A stretch of 64,000 nucleotides of DNA, taken from positions 124,001-188,000 of the forward strand of contig LSRY02000066.1 of the NCBI GenBank assembly GCA_001643675.2, written 5' to 3'. The translations under genes were made by a program, and so were the position numbers. Under the pieces are notes generated by a model. That model searched no databases and was not told where the DNA came from. It was given only the letters and a program-made list of their open reading frames with translations. Below are positions 49,801 through 59,971 of this stretch, piece after piece (position 1 is the stretch's first letter; every line of letters starts with the position of its first letter). Source of the stretch: Monocercomonoides exilis PA203 (taxonomy: Eukaryota; Protista; Preaxostyla).

Positions 49801-52800
49801 TGCTCCGTCAAAAGATGAAGGAAGAAAGCAAAGAAAGCGAAAACGAAGACTCAGAAACAGAAAAAGAAGAGACAAAAGATCCCTTCCGCTCCAATCTTTC
49901 TCTCACTCAACTGACAACACCGCCAGTTCTGCCGCTCCTTCTTCCTGTGCGACGTTTGGTGGAGAAGCTGCTCGCCGAAAATCAGCTGCTGGACATCTGC
50001 CTTCTGCTGCTGAGGAAGTTCCAGCTGAGATCGTGGGGATACGATGTGCTGACTGACATTGTGCAGTTGTGCTCGCTCACTCTGTCGCTGCACAGATGGA
50101 GCGACATGCGCGATGAAGGAGAAGATCTGATGGAAGACGACGAGCCTGAGCTGAGGGTGAATGAAGACGGAGAGCCAGAATGGTGGGAAGAGATGGAAGA
50201 GTATGCAGAATGGGGCAATGAAGAGGAAGAGATTGAGGATATTTTTGATGGAGGAGATGTGGATCAGCAGGAGGGGCTGCATAAGCTGTTGATGATGGCA
50301 AAGGACAAAGAAGGGAAAGATGAAGATGGAAAGATGAAAGGAGAAAGCAACGACACAGTTGAAGAACTTAATGATGATGTGAAAGAAGTTATTGTTGTGA
50401 ATGAGAAAGAGAACAAGAAAAGCATAACGAAAAATGGTTTGGGAATGAAAATGGAAGAGATAATGATGAAAAAGAAGGAAGAAGAGGAAAGAAAGAAAAG
50501 AAAAGAAGAAGAAAGAAGAAGGAGATTTGAGGAGGAAGAAGACGAAGACGATCTATTTGACGAAGAAGAAGAGGAGGAGGAGGCAGAAGAGGAAGAGAAA
50601 GATGAAGAGGAAGAAAAAGAAGAAAAAGAAGAGAAAGAAGAGAAAGGGGAAGAAGAGAAAGAAGATAAAGACAAAGAAAATCAGGAAAAAGATATTGAAA
50701 ATCACATTGACAGCAGTAACATAGATGACAAAAAAGAGGAAACGGAAGACAAAAAGAAAGATGAAAATGATATCCATTGGCTGGAAGAAGAAGAAAAGAC
50801 GACTGAAACAAGAGAAGAAGTAAGAAGAAAAGAACAAGAAGAAGCGCCAGAACCATTGAGAATGGAATTTGAAGTATCTTCCACGCCTTTCACAACAGTC
50901 TCAGAATCAAATGATACTACTGCTTCTGCATCTGCATCTGCATCGTCTTCTATTTCAACTTCAGATTCTGCATCATCCTCTGCTTCAGCTTCAGCTTCAG
51001 CTTCAGTATCATCATCTGCATTGTCTGAAGCATCCAATGTAAATGCTTCAAATGATGTAACAAGCGAGGGAATAGAAGCAAATGAACCTGATTTGGAGGA
51101 GATATTAAAGTCTGAAGATGAAGAAAACGCTGCTCAAAAAGAAATCTCTGAAAAATCGTCTGTTGTTAACAATGCAAATGCTGTTGAACTTGAAGATAAT
51201 GAAACAATTGAAGTCTCAGCAGACAAGCTGAAAGAGATCGAAGAAGAGCGACAACTTCGACTGGAGTTGGAGGAAGAGAATGAACGTCTTGGAAACAAGT
51301 TAGATGTGTTTGGAATGGAAGCTATTGGAAGCAATGCAGGTGGGCCAAGAGGAGCAAAGAACAGGAGGAAGAAGAAAATGATGAAGGGAAAGAAATGGAG
51401 GAGAGGAAAAGGAGGCAAAAGAATGAACAAGGGAGCCTTCGGAACAGCCGAAGAGGAAGAAGAGGAAGACGAGGAAGACGAAAGCGGATTGAGTCATCCA
51501 GATTACTCCACACGCCATTCTGATTTCGTTCATGCTGCACGCAGGTTCTCCATTCAGTCATTTGTGAAGCTGTTTGTGTTTGTCCTGTCGAATGAGGATG
51601 AGAACACGCCAGCTGTGAATGACGCAGTTGCTGCTCTTTTGTGTGTCGTTGCTGATCCACAAGAGCAGGGGCTGTCACTGTTTGCGTCTGACTTGTCTGT
51701 TTCGTGCTGCGAGGCGAGAAACAGATTGGAAGGATGGAGAGAAGGGAAGACTGCACTAAGTGTGGTGTCGCGTGGGATGAAGAAATGGATGAGAGAAAAG
51801 AGAGAAAAGAAAGAGAGGGAAGAGAAGAAAGAACAGCAAAAAGGAGATAACATTGAATTCAATTTGATAGCTGATCCAGAATTCAAAACAGAGAATAACA
51901 GAACGACTGAGCTTCTGCTTGCATCGCGAATGTCCCACCGAACTTCCCCGTTTTTCGGTATTTTATATCAAATTCAATATCTCTACTCATTTGCATCGGC
52001 ACTTAATAAGCAGAAGCAAAGAGAAGATCTGCATTGCAGAAACATCATGGAAATTATCTCAAAAATGAAGGAAGAAGAAAAGAATGCAAAGCTCAAAGAA
52101 CAGAAAATGCTGCTTTCTCCAAAATCTTCCTCAAAATCTTCCTCAAAATCAATTGTGAATCGATATGTAGCAATGAAAAAATCAAGACAAATAAGTTCTG
52201 CTTCAGCATCAGCTTCTGCATCGAGCTCTGCTTCTGCTTCTGTTTCTGCTTCATCTGCAGCTTCAGGAAAGCCCTCTTCTCAATCAAACATGTCTCTTCT
52301 GCTCTCTACTCCTTCTTCGCTTCTTTCGCGCATGCCTCCTTTGTACACACCATCGATTGCTCATCTGTCGCGATGTGTTGTCTCCTGCTTTGCAAAAGAA
52401 AGTGCTGATAATCCGAAGCTGTATTTAGAATCTCTTTGGAAGATCAACCCAATGGATGAGCGTGCAGCATTGATTAGAGAACATCACGGTGTGCTGCAAG
52501 TGGAGAAGAAGGAGAGGAAGAAGCGGGCAGGAGAGATGGGTGGATACTACAGTGAGGACGAGAGCGATGGATGGGGCGGTGGAGGGAGAAGGAGAGGAAG
52601 GAGAGCAAAGATCAATTCATTTGGTTTAGATGATGACGATCTGCTGTCAAATGATGGGCTGATTCGAAGAAGAAGAATGCTTGCTGGCAGAGGTGGAGAT
52701 GGAAATGCAAATGAAAGCAGCAGCGAGAAGGAAGAAGAAGACTTGGAATGGATTAAATCACTTGGGAAGGAGAAATCCGGAAAGAAGAAGAAGAGAGAGA

Positions 52801-54743
52801 GAAGGAAAAGAAAGGCAAGGATTGAAGACGAGGACGATGAAGAAGAGTCAGGCAGTGAAGAAGAGTGGGGAAGCGATATGGACGACGAGATCCTTAAGAA
52901 AATCGGAAGTGGCAGAGAATATGAAAAGAGAGAGAAAAAGCAAAGAAAGATTGAAGATGACATGGTTGATCTTGACGAACTTATCAAAAAGAATAAGAGA
53001 AGAAGGAGAAGAGAAGAAAAAGAAGAAGGAAAAGGAGATGAAAGCTCCGAAGAGGAAAGTGATTTAGATGTTCTATTTGACAAGTCATTGCTTGTATGGG
53101 ATGATAACAAGACGAGAAAAGTGCAGGAGATTATTGGGTATGTTATGGAGATTGTGGATTATGCGGAAGCAGCTGCAACAGCCGAAGAGAAAGTGGATGA
53201 AATGATGAAGACTGAACAAGAAGAGGAAGGAAAAATGGAATCAGAAGATAAAGAGAAAGAAGGAGAAGAAAAGGAAGAGTCGACTTTAAGCAAGGAAGAC
53301 AGAATTCGACAGATGATTGAAGACAAAGAAAAGCAAATAAGCGTTGAGAATCCGTTTGCGAAAGAGCAGATTCCAACAAAGCAGCTAATTTTGCGCACAC
53401 TCAGCCGAAAGCTGTCTGATGTGTTTACACAGAAAGTTTTGAAAGGCAAAGTTGAAGCAATATTCGGTGAAACTTTCTTTGAAAACTTGGATCAAGTTCG
53501 AAAGTTGTATGGAAAAGCGAAGCCAAAGGCAAAAGAAAGAAAGGCAAAGAAGAACGAAACTGGAGAAACAAAGAGAAGAAAGAAGAAGGAACAGAAAGGA
53601 AGTGAAGAGAGTGAGTTTGGTGTTGGCAGCGATGCAGACAGCATATTTGGAGATGAATCCGAGAGTGAAAGAGAAAAGAAAGCAGGGTCAGACGAAGAAA
53701 GCGAGAAAGAACGTGTTTCAAAAGCCAGAAAAGCAGCTAAGTTGGAAGTGAAGAAGAAGAACATGCTGAAGCAATGGCCAAAACGCAAGCTGCAGGAATT
53801 GATTGATCAGTACAACGATATGAAGACCCTCTTTACGTCTTCTTCTCTTATTGAATCTCAGCCATCTTCACTTGACTCTTCTCAGACTTCTGGTTCAATT
53901 GAAAGCCCTCTGTTTTCATCAGAGTCAGCTGCTCTGCCAATATACGATCTGATATTCAGTGCGCTTGAAGAGAAAGGAAAGGAAAGAGAAGGAGAAAGAA
54001 AAGGAGACGAGCCGCCGCTTAGGAAAGTGGATGTGAGGGCGCAGCTTGTGCTTGCTGGTCTGCCTTTGCTTGGAGAAGGGAAAGGGTATTTGGAGACTGG
54101 ATTCAATGAAGGGGAGAGAGAAGAGATTGAGATGCTGGAGAAGATGATGGAGAAGAAGAGAGAGAGAATGAAGGGAAAGAAAGGAAAGAAAGAAGCAGAA
54201 GAAGAAAAGGAAGATGAAGAAGAAGCAGAAAATGATGAATCAGAAGAGAACAAACAATCAAAATCAAAAGCACGAAAAGAAGGAGGAGAAGGAAAGGAAG
54301 AAGAAGAAAAGGAAGAAAATGAAGATTCTGAGAAAAAGAAGCATCATAAACATCATCACAAAAAAGACAAACACAAAAAAGATAAAAAAGACAAGAAGAA
54401 GAAGCACAATCATAGCTCTGTCAATACAAACAAAGGTAAATCCTCGTTAATGACGAAATTGGAGCGTTTAAGACGATGGAGCGGAGATACAAGTGAAGAC
54501 AATGCAAACATTGAGCTGAATGAAGAAGGAAAGATGAAAGCAGATGAAGAAGGAGAAGATGAAGAAGCATCGATTGAGCTGAAGTCACTAAGTCAATTGA
54601 AAAGAGTGAAGAGGCAATCATATGGTGATGATGCAGGAGATGATGAAGGAGATGGAACAATTTCAAGTCAGCCTTTGCCTTCTTCTCAACCATCAGAATC
54701 AAGTGAATATAGAATCCCATCTATCGACTCCCTTTATGAATAA
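46824..54743 (+). CDS. TIMELESS: Timeless/Tof1/Swi1 replication-fork protection protein (~2,615 aa); one intron
   Basis: N-terminal TIMELESS domain motifs LKEILAYLRSDTKDREVWQAFANSKAISINLLPLF, ILKILVFATMPI, FEEALF and MELILTLIRNIMFV. Later conserved blocks RRFSIQSFVKLFVFVL..NDAV and GILYQIQYL. Intron 47432-47503 joins ORFs 46824 and 47523 in frame. Confidence 0.82.
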
Positions 54744-54986
54744 ACATTTCATTAATCTGAATTGCGGGAGGAAACTTTTTTTTTCCAATTCTTTTGAATC
54801 TTTATCACTTATTCTTCATTTCCATTTTTAATGACATTTCACATTTATCAAATCTTTATTAAAATAGAATACCTTTCAGGTTTCGTTGATAGAATTGATG
54901 GCAGTGGAAGATATTATTCAATAAAGAAAATTTAATGTTAAAAAAATGTTGTATGTTGTCAAATAAAATATTAATTAAAACTTCGT

Positions 54987-56528
54987 TCACAAAGTTGCAT
55001 TCATCTTTGTTGCTGATTTGACAGAGAGCTGAAGCGGGGCAAATCCATCTTTTGCATAAAGAGAGAACTCAACATAAAACCTACGCCAAAGGAGTTCAGA
55101 TCGAATCTCTTCGCGTTTGTCAGTGTCAAATGAAGAGAGCTGATCTGCTGTATATCCAATGAGCGTGGCAGCAACTTCGCTGAATAGCGTAGTGGATAGA
55201 GAGCCTGTATGATCCACAAAACAGCAAGTGACTTTCAAAGCAAGCGAAGGAGATGCACCACAAGAAGAACACGGCGGAAGAGAAGATAAATCAGGAAGCG
55301 ATGTCAACGAATCAGAAGATGATAAAGTTGCTGAAATTGATGAATGATGTATTGTTTTTTTGCAACTAGCACATCGAAGAAAAAACGGACGAGTCAGATC
55401 GATATCTTCAAGACAAACCATCACGGCTCCTTGTTGAGATCCAGATGTTGGGGTGGCCGAATGACCAACAAGTGGTGCAAGATATTCCTGAATTCCTTGA
55501 ATGGTAGTTAATTGCGCTGAAGCAGCAGAAGACTTTGATGGATAAGAAGATGAAGAAGATGCATACGAAGAACTTTGTGATGAAAAAGGTAATGATCGTG
55601 CAGCAATTGAATCTTGTCCTTTCATCTGTTCGTTTCCCATAAACATTTCTTTTGAAAACCCGCTTGGATTCAATGTTATAATGGAATTCATGCTCGTGTT
55701 GCATCGGACTTTTCCTGCAAAAACGCTAACGCCAACATTTGTTACATGCACAATTGATTCTCCCGCGTGCAATCCTCTCATCACTGTGCCTTTTTCTCCC
55801 CAACAAGATAAAACTATTTGCATCCCTTTTTCTTGTAATGTTACATCTTGCTTCTCAACGCCCCTTCCTCTTTTTGTTTTAATCATTGTAGGCTTGGATA
55901 CTGCTTCCACAAGTCCGACTATTGAAACATCTCTTTTTCCCTTAAATCAAAAATGTCAAAATTCAAGCAATGAAAGAAACAAAAATCATACCACATGTGC
56001 AAACAGATCTTCAAACGGTACAGTTTGATAAACTTCATTTATGCCAGGAGTCACATTGATTCCTGTTTTGAAAAATAATTAATACTTGAATAGTTTTTCC
56101 AAAAAAAGGTTATTGAGCAAACTCTTGAGCAAAAAAAGTCCAACTTTTCCCCCATCGGGATAGGTTGTTTGGTATGTATCATCTAGTACAAGAATATACA
56201 TTTTCTCCCCTGAAGCCTCAGTCTCCCATTTGATATAGGATGGATGAACATCTATTGAATCATAAGCTTCAAAAGAGTATTCATTTTCCTCTGCAAATGA
56301 TCCAAGACATAAAACTTGACACCTATGCGAATTTGATTCCGAATCAGCAAGAACAAATCGCAGTTCAGAACGATCTGAAAAGAAAGAAAAATAAATAGTT
56401 CAATTCTAATATATAATTAACGAACGAGTTGTGGTGTTCAGTTCCAATTTAGGTTTTTGCACAATAGTTCCAGTTATTGATGGACTTGAACAATCCCTAA
56501 TATTGCAGATATTTCTCACCGAAAACAT
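54987..56528 (-). CDS. Triple OB-fold ssDNA-binding protein with C4 zinc ribbon, MEIOB-like (alternatively an RPA1 paralog); spliced
   Basis: OB2 motifs DVSIVGLVEAVSKPTMIKTKRGR..KQDVTL..IVLSCWGE and SIITLNPS. OB3 has RCASCKK..CSSC and FVDHTGSL..VAATLIGYTADQL..LLWRRFYV. ATG at 56528 is preceded by an in-frame TGA; there is no RPA70N domain. Confidence 0.65.
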
Positions 56529-56628
56529 GATTCATTCATCTTGCCTGATTTTCATTGAGTAGTTATGGTTGAACCATTTTTCTGTAAATAATAAAGGTCA
56601 AGATCTAACAAGCTTTGAAAGTTGTTCA
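56529..56628. promoter_or_regulatory. Putative bidirectional promoter (OB-fold gene / mucolipin)
   Basis: Only 100 nt separate the divergent start codons at 56528 (-) and 56629 (+). Confidence 0.45.
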
Positions 56629-58662
56629 ATGTCAGAAGGAAAAAGTCATTGGCTGAATTTTCGAGAGCAATCATTGGAAGATAAATTAAAATTAGGACCG
56701 ATTGAAAAGTGGAGAAAATACAGAATCTTTCCAACTAAACTTGTTCTTCAATTTCTCACATCAATATTTATTCTTGTTCAATTCTCACTTCTTAATTTTT
56801 CAAAAGACAATGAAATAACTTCATCAAAGGAAATGATGTTAGCCTTTTTTATGCCAGCTGAATTTGATCATTATGAACGGAAATATCAAACATATCACTT
56901 TTTTCGCTCTTCTGAGTTTCTGGATCATTTAAAAGACGTTACAACTCGATTTTTCAATTGGAAACAAACAACTGTTGGAGATTATTCAGTAAACATTGAT
57001 GATTCACCACCACTTTCCAAATTTTCATTTTATGAAGGATGGCCAAAAGATGGGCAGCCCCCGAAAATATCTAGGATTAGCGAAAAAACATTCACTCTCA
57101 CTGAAGATAACCCGTTAGGACCATTTAATGAAGATGAAAATAAGCAAAAACTTTCAATTAGAATGATGAAGCAATACAAAATAACTTTTAAATTTTCAAC
57201 GCATAGACATAACTGGGCTGAAGGGAAAAACAGTAGCCATTTGAAACATAACTTTGATAAATGGGAAGTTGAGCTAACTTATGATTTTACAAACCGAGGT
57301 GTTATTTCGTTGGGATATGATCTTACAAGAAAAGTTGAGTCAATCACTGTTGGAGACTATATTAGAGTAGCAATAAATATAGCCTTATTGATTTTATCGA
57401 TCATTCAACTTGTTCTCACTTGGAAGTCTCTCACAGAGTCGTATTTCATTTTGTCTGAGGTTCGAAAAATCTACGAAGATCTTCTGAAACGAGGCGAATT
57501 CCATCTGCCTTGGTCAGCCATTCCCAGCAGACAAAAGAGGATGTTTTTCAACACTTCAAACGTTTTGACGTTCATTTCATCGCTTTCGTGTCTGATTGGA
57601 AGCGTCATCGAGATCTTGACGCTGGTGGGCGTGATGGGCCAGTCGCGGCTGGGTGACTTTCTGAGAGGAATAACAGCGCTGTTAGTGTTCACGAACTTCC
57701 TCCGCTTCTTCCTCTTCTCCAAAAACTATTCGATGTCTGTTAAAGTCACCGGAGCGTCTCTGCCAGTGATCTGGCGAATGACCGTGGGTGCGTTTCCGTT
57801 TTTCTTTGGGTGCATGCTGATGGCGTGCTCGTTGTACAGCGACCATCACGAATGGTTTGACGGCTTTGGGCAGACAACACTGACGTTGTGGGGAGTAATG
57901 AATGGCGATGTCATTCTGGATCTGTGGAGCGGTATATTTTCTGTTTCTCCGCTGTTTGGGCTGGTTTTTGAGATCGGCTTTGTGTTTTTCTTCATCTACA
58001 TCATTGTCAATCTCTATTACTCAATCATTGAGGAAGCATATTTTCAGACAAAGCGGCAACTTTATTCTGATTGGGAATGGAACGAAGCAGCTGGAGTGAC
58101 TGATGAAGAGTGGGAAAGATTGATTGGTGTGCTTTGGACTCGGCAAAAGGAAGAGCAAAGAGAAAGAAAGAGAAGGGAAAGAATAGAAAGGAAGAAGCGC
58201 AGAATTGAAAGAAGAGAAAGAGTACTGAAAATGAAGGAGGAAGAAAACGAAAGAAAAAAGCAAACGGAAGAAGATGATCAAAATAAAAGAGAAGGGCAAA
58301 AAGAGGGAAATGAAGAAAAAGATCAGCAGAAATGCTTTGATGGGAGCGCAGATGAGCAGATAGACACATCCGCTTTGATTCCTGTGCAACCATCAATTAA
58401 TTCTGCAGCGACGCTGATGAATCTGCCATCATCGCTTCCTTATTCTTCATCTGCTTCATTGACACATAATGATTCGTCATTTAATGTGCTTATTGGAAGA
58501 AAGCACAGCAGAGACAGCCGAGCTGATATTTCAGAGGGCTTTGAAGACAAAAATGGAAGAGAAGAAAAAGAAAAGGAGAAAGATAGCAATGGCTACATTG
58601 CAGCATCTGTTATGTCGATCAATAGCGATGAAATGGGCTCTTTAAGATCAGAAGACGGCTGA
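56629..58662 (+). CDS. MCOLN: Mucolipin / TRPML lysosomal cation channel, single exon
   Basis: N-terminal GPIEKWRKYRIFPTKLVLQ (TRPML PxxKxxxxxxxPxKLxLQ), large S1-S2 luminal loop, 6 TM segments, pore TLWGVMNGDVILD, and S6 FFFIYIIVNLYYSIIEEAY. First in-frame ATG is at 56629. Confidence 0.88.
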   Translation: MSEGKSHWLNFREQSLEDKLKLGPIEKWRKYRIFPTKLVLQFLTSIFILVQFSLLNFSKDNEITSSKEMMLAFFMPAEFDHYERKYQTYHFFRSSEFLDHLKDVTTRFFNWKQTTVGDYSVNIDDSPPLSKFSFYEGWPKDGQPPKISRISEKTFTLTEDNPLGPFNEDENKQKLSIRMMKQYKITFKFSTHRHNWAEGKNSSHLKHNFDKWEVELTYDFTNRGVISLGYDLTRKVESITVGDYIRVAINIALLILSIIQLVLTWKSLTESYFILSEVRKIYEDLLKRGEFHLPWSAIPSRQKRMFFNTSNVLTFISSLSCLIGSVIEILTLVGVMGQSRLGDFLRGITALLVFTNFLRFFLFSKNYSMSVKVTGASLPVIWRMTVGAFPFFFGCMLMACSLYSDHHEWFDGFGQTTLTLWGVMNGDVILDLWSGIFSVSPLFGLVFEIGFVFFFIYIIVNLYYSIIEEAYFQTKRQLYSDWEWNEAAGVTDEEWERLIGVLWTRQKEEQRERKRRERIERKKRRIERRERVLKMKEEENERKKQTEEDDQNKREGQKEGNEEKDQQKCFDGSADEQIDTSALIPVQPSINSAATLMNLPSSLPYSSSASLTHNDSSFNVLIGRKHSRDSRADISEGFEDKNGREEKEKEKDSNGYIAASVMSINSDEMGSLRSEDG

Positions 58663-59500
58663 AAAAATGTATCACGTTATTTCTTGAAATTTCTGATATT
58701 AAGCTTTTAAAGTTTCGCTTTGAAACAGCAGCAATTCTTCTGTTTATGTATTGAAATTACGCTATTTATATTTAAATGAAGCAGTTGTAAATTTGCCTGA
58801 ATATCTTTTCCATTCATTAGAGAACATGGGTGACCCTTCATCAATCTTTGCTATGCCCAAATCAAAAGAGGCTCTTTCTTCTTTAAATCTTCCATTTCAT
58901 AACATTAAAGAGAATTGATTTTTATTTTTTTTTTGTTAATCTCATATTATAAATGGAGTGTATCTTTCTTGTTTTATTTATAAATTGAGCTTTTGTACCA
59001 ATTGTTTATGAAGTATTTCCAGATCAATTGTTTTGTTAATTCTTTTTTGTTGAAATTTTTCGGTCATTTCAATGTTTTTGACATGTTGTCTTTTCTTCTT
59101 TCTCTAAAAAAAACAAGCAATGTTCATTATTTACAACTCTTTAATTCAACGACTCAATCAAAATAGGAGTCGGAATACTATTCAGAATAATACAAATTTG
59201 AGTGAAATGGGCAGGAATGGATTCGAATGGGGTGTGATGTCAAAGTGGGGTGATTTGGGTCTGCATTGTGTGCTGTGATGATACGCAATAAATAAAAGTG
59301 TAATAATATAAAATTCACAAATATAACAACAACTTTACATTATGGATTGGATGGCTTCTCAAATAAATACCTTTATATCTCATAAACAAGAAGACAGATC
59401 CATCCATATTATTAGTGAATGATGAAAATTAAGAGCGAAAGATTTCAAATGAAGTCTTTCAATTAGAAAATAATACATTGTAATAAAAAAATAACAATAA

Positions 59501-59556
59501 TACGTGAGTTTGTTTGTTTACGTGTGTACGTGTGTGTGCGTGTACGTGTGTGTTTG
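59501..59556 (+). repeat. Degenerate (GT)n/(TACGTGTG)n microsatellite in the intergenic/3' region
   Basis: Sequence tacgtgagtttgtttgtttacgtgtgtacgtgtgtgtgcgtgtacgtgtgtgtttg. Confidence 0.6.
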
Positions 59557-59971
59557 CTTCAGTTGTTAATCACATGGTTGTCACAGCATTTCCTCCTTCT
59601 AACCTTTCTTGATTCAAACTCATAAGAACAACAGACAATTCAATATTTTTTTTTTGCCTTTTTTTCATCAAACATATGCAGACACAATCATTAGATGGGG
59701 AGAGAAGCGTAACTGATGTGACAATAAGAACAAAAGTGTCTGCTGCTGAATAGAAAATATTGCAAAAATGACGCTGTGAAATATTTATTTTTATTCGCTT
59801 TCTTTCTCAACTTCATCCAACTTCTCCTCTTTTCCTTCTTCTTTTCTATACTTCATTTTTCATTTTTCATTTTTCTCTTTGTAAACTTCACTCATTTGGC
59901 TTTCTGTGTTTATATTTTCATTTTTATCTATCTCTCATTCTTCTCCCTTTTATTCCTCATTCTTTTTCTCT

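Noticed and set aside
58663-59775. tRNA, snoRNA or other ncRNA in the longest ordinary intergenic gap and in larger introns
   Set aside because: No cloverleaf or properly spaced C/D or H/ACA boxes were recognisable by eye; an Infernal/tRNAscan search would be needed.
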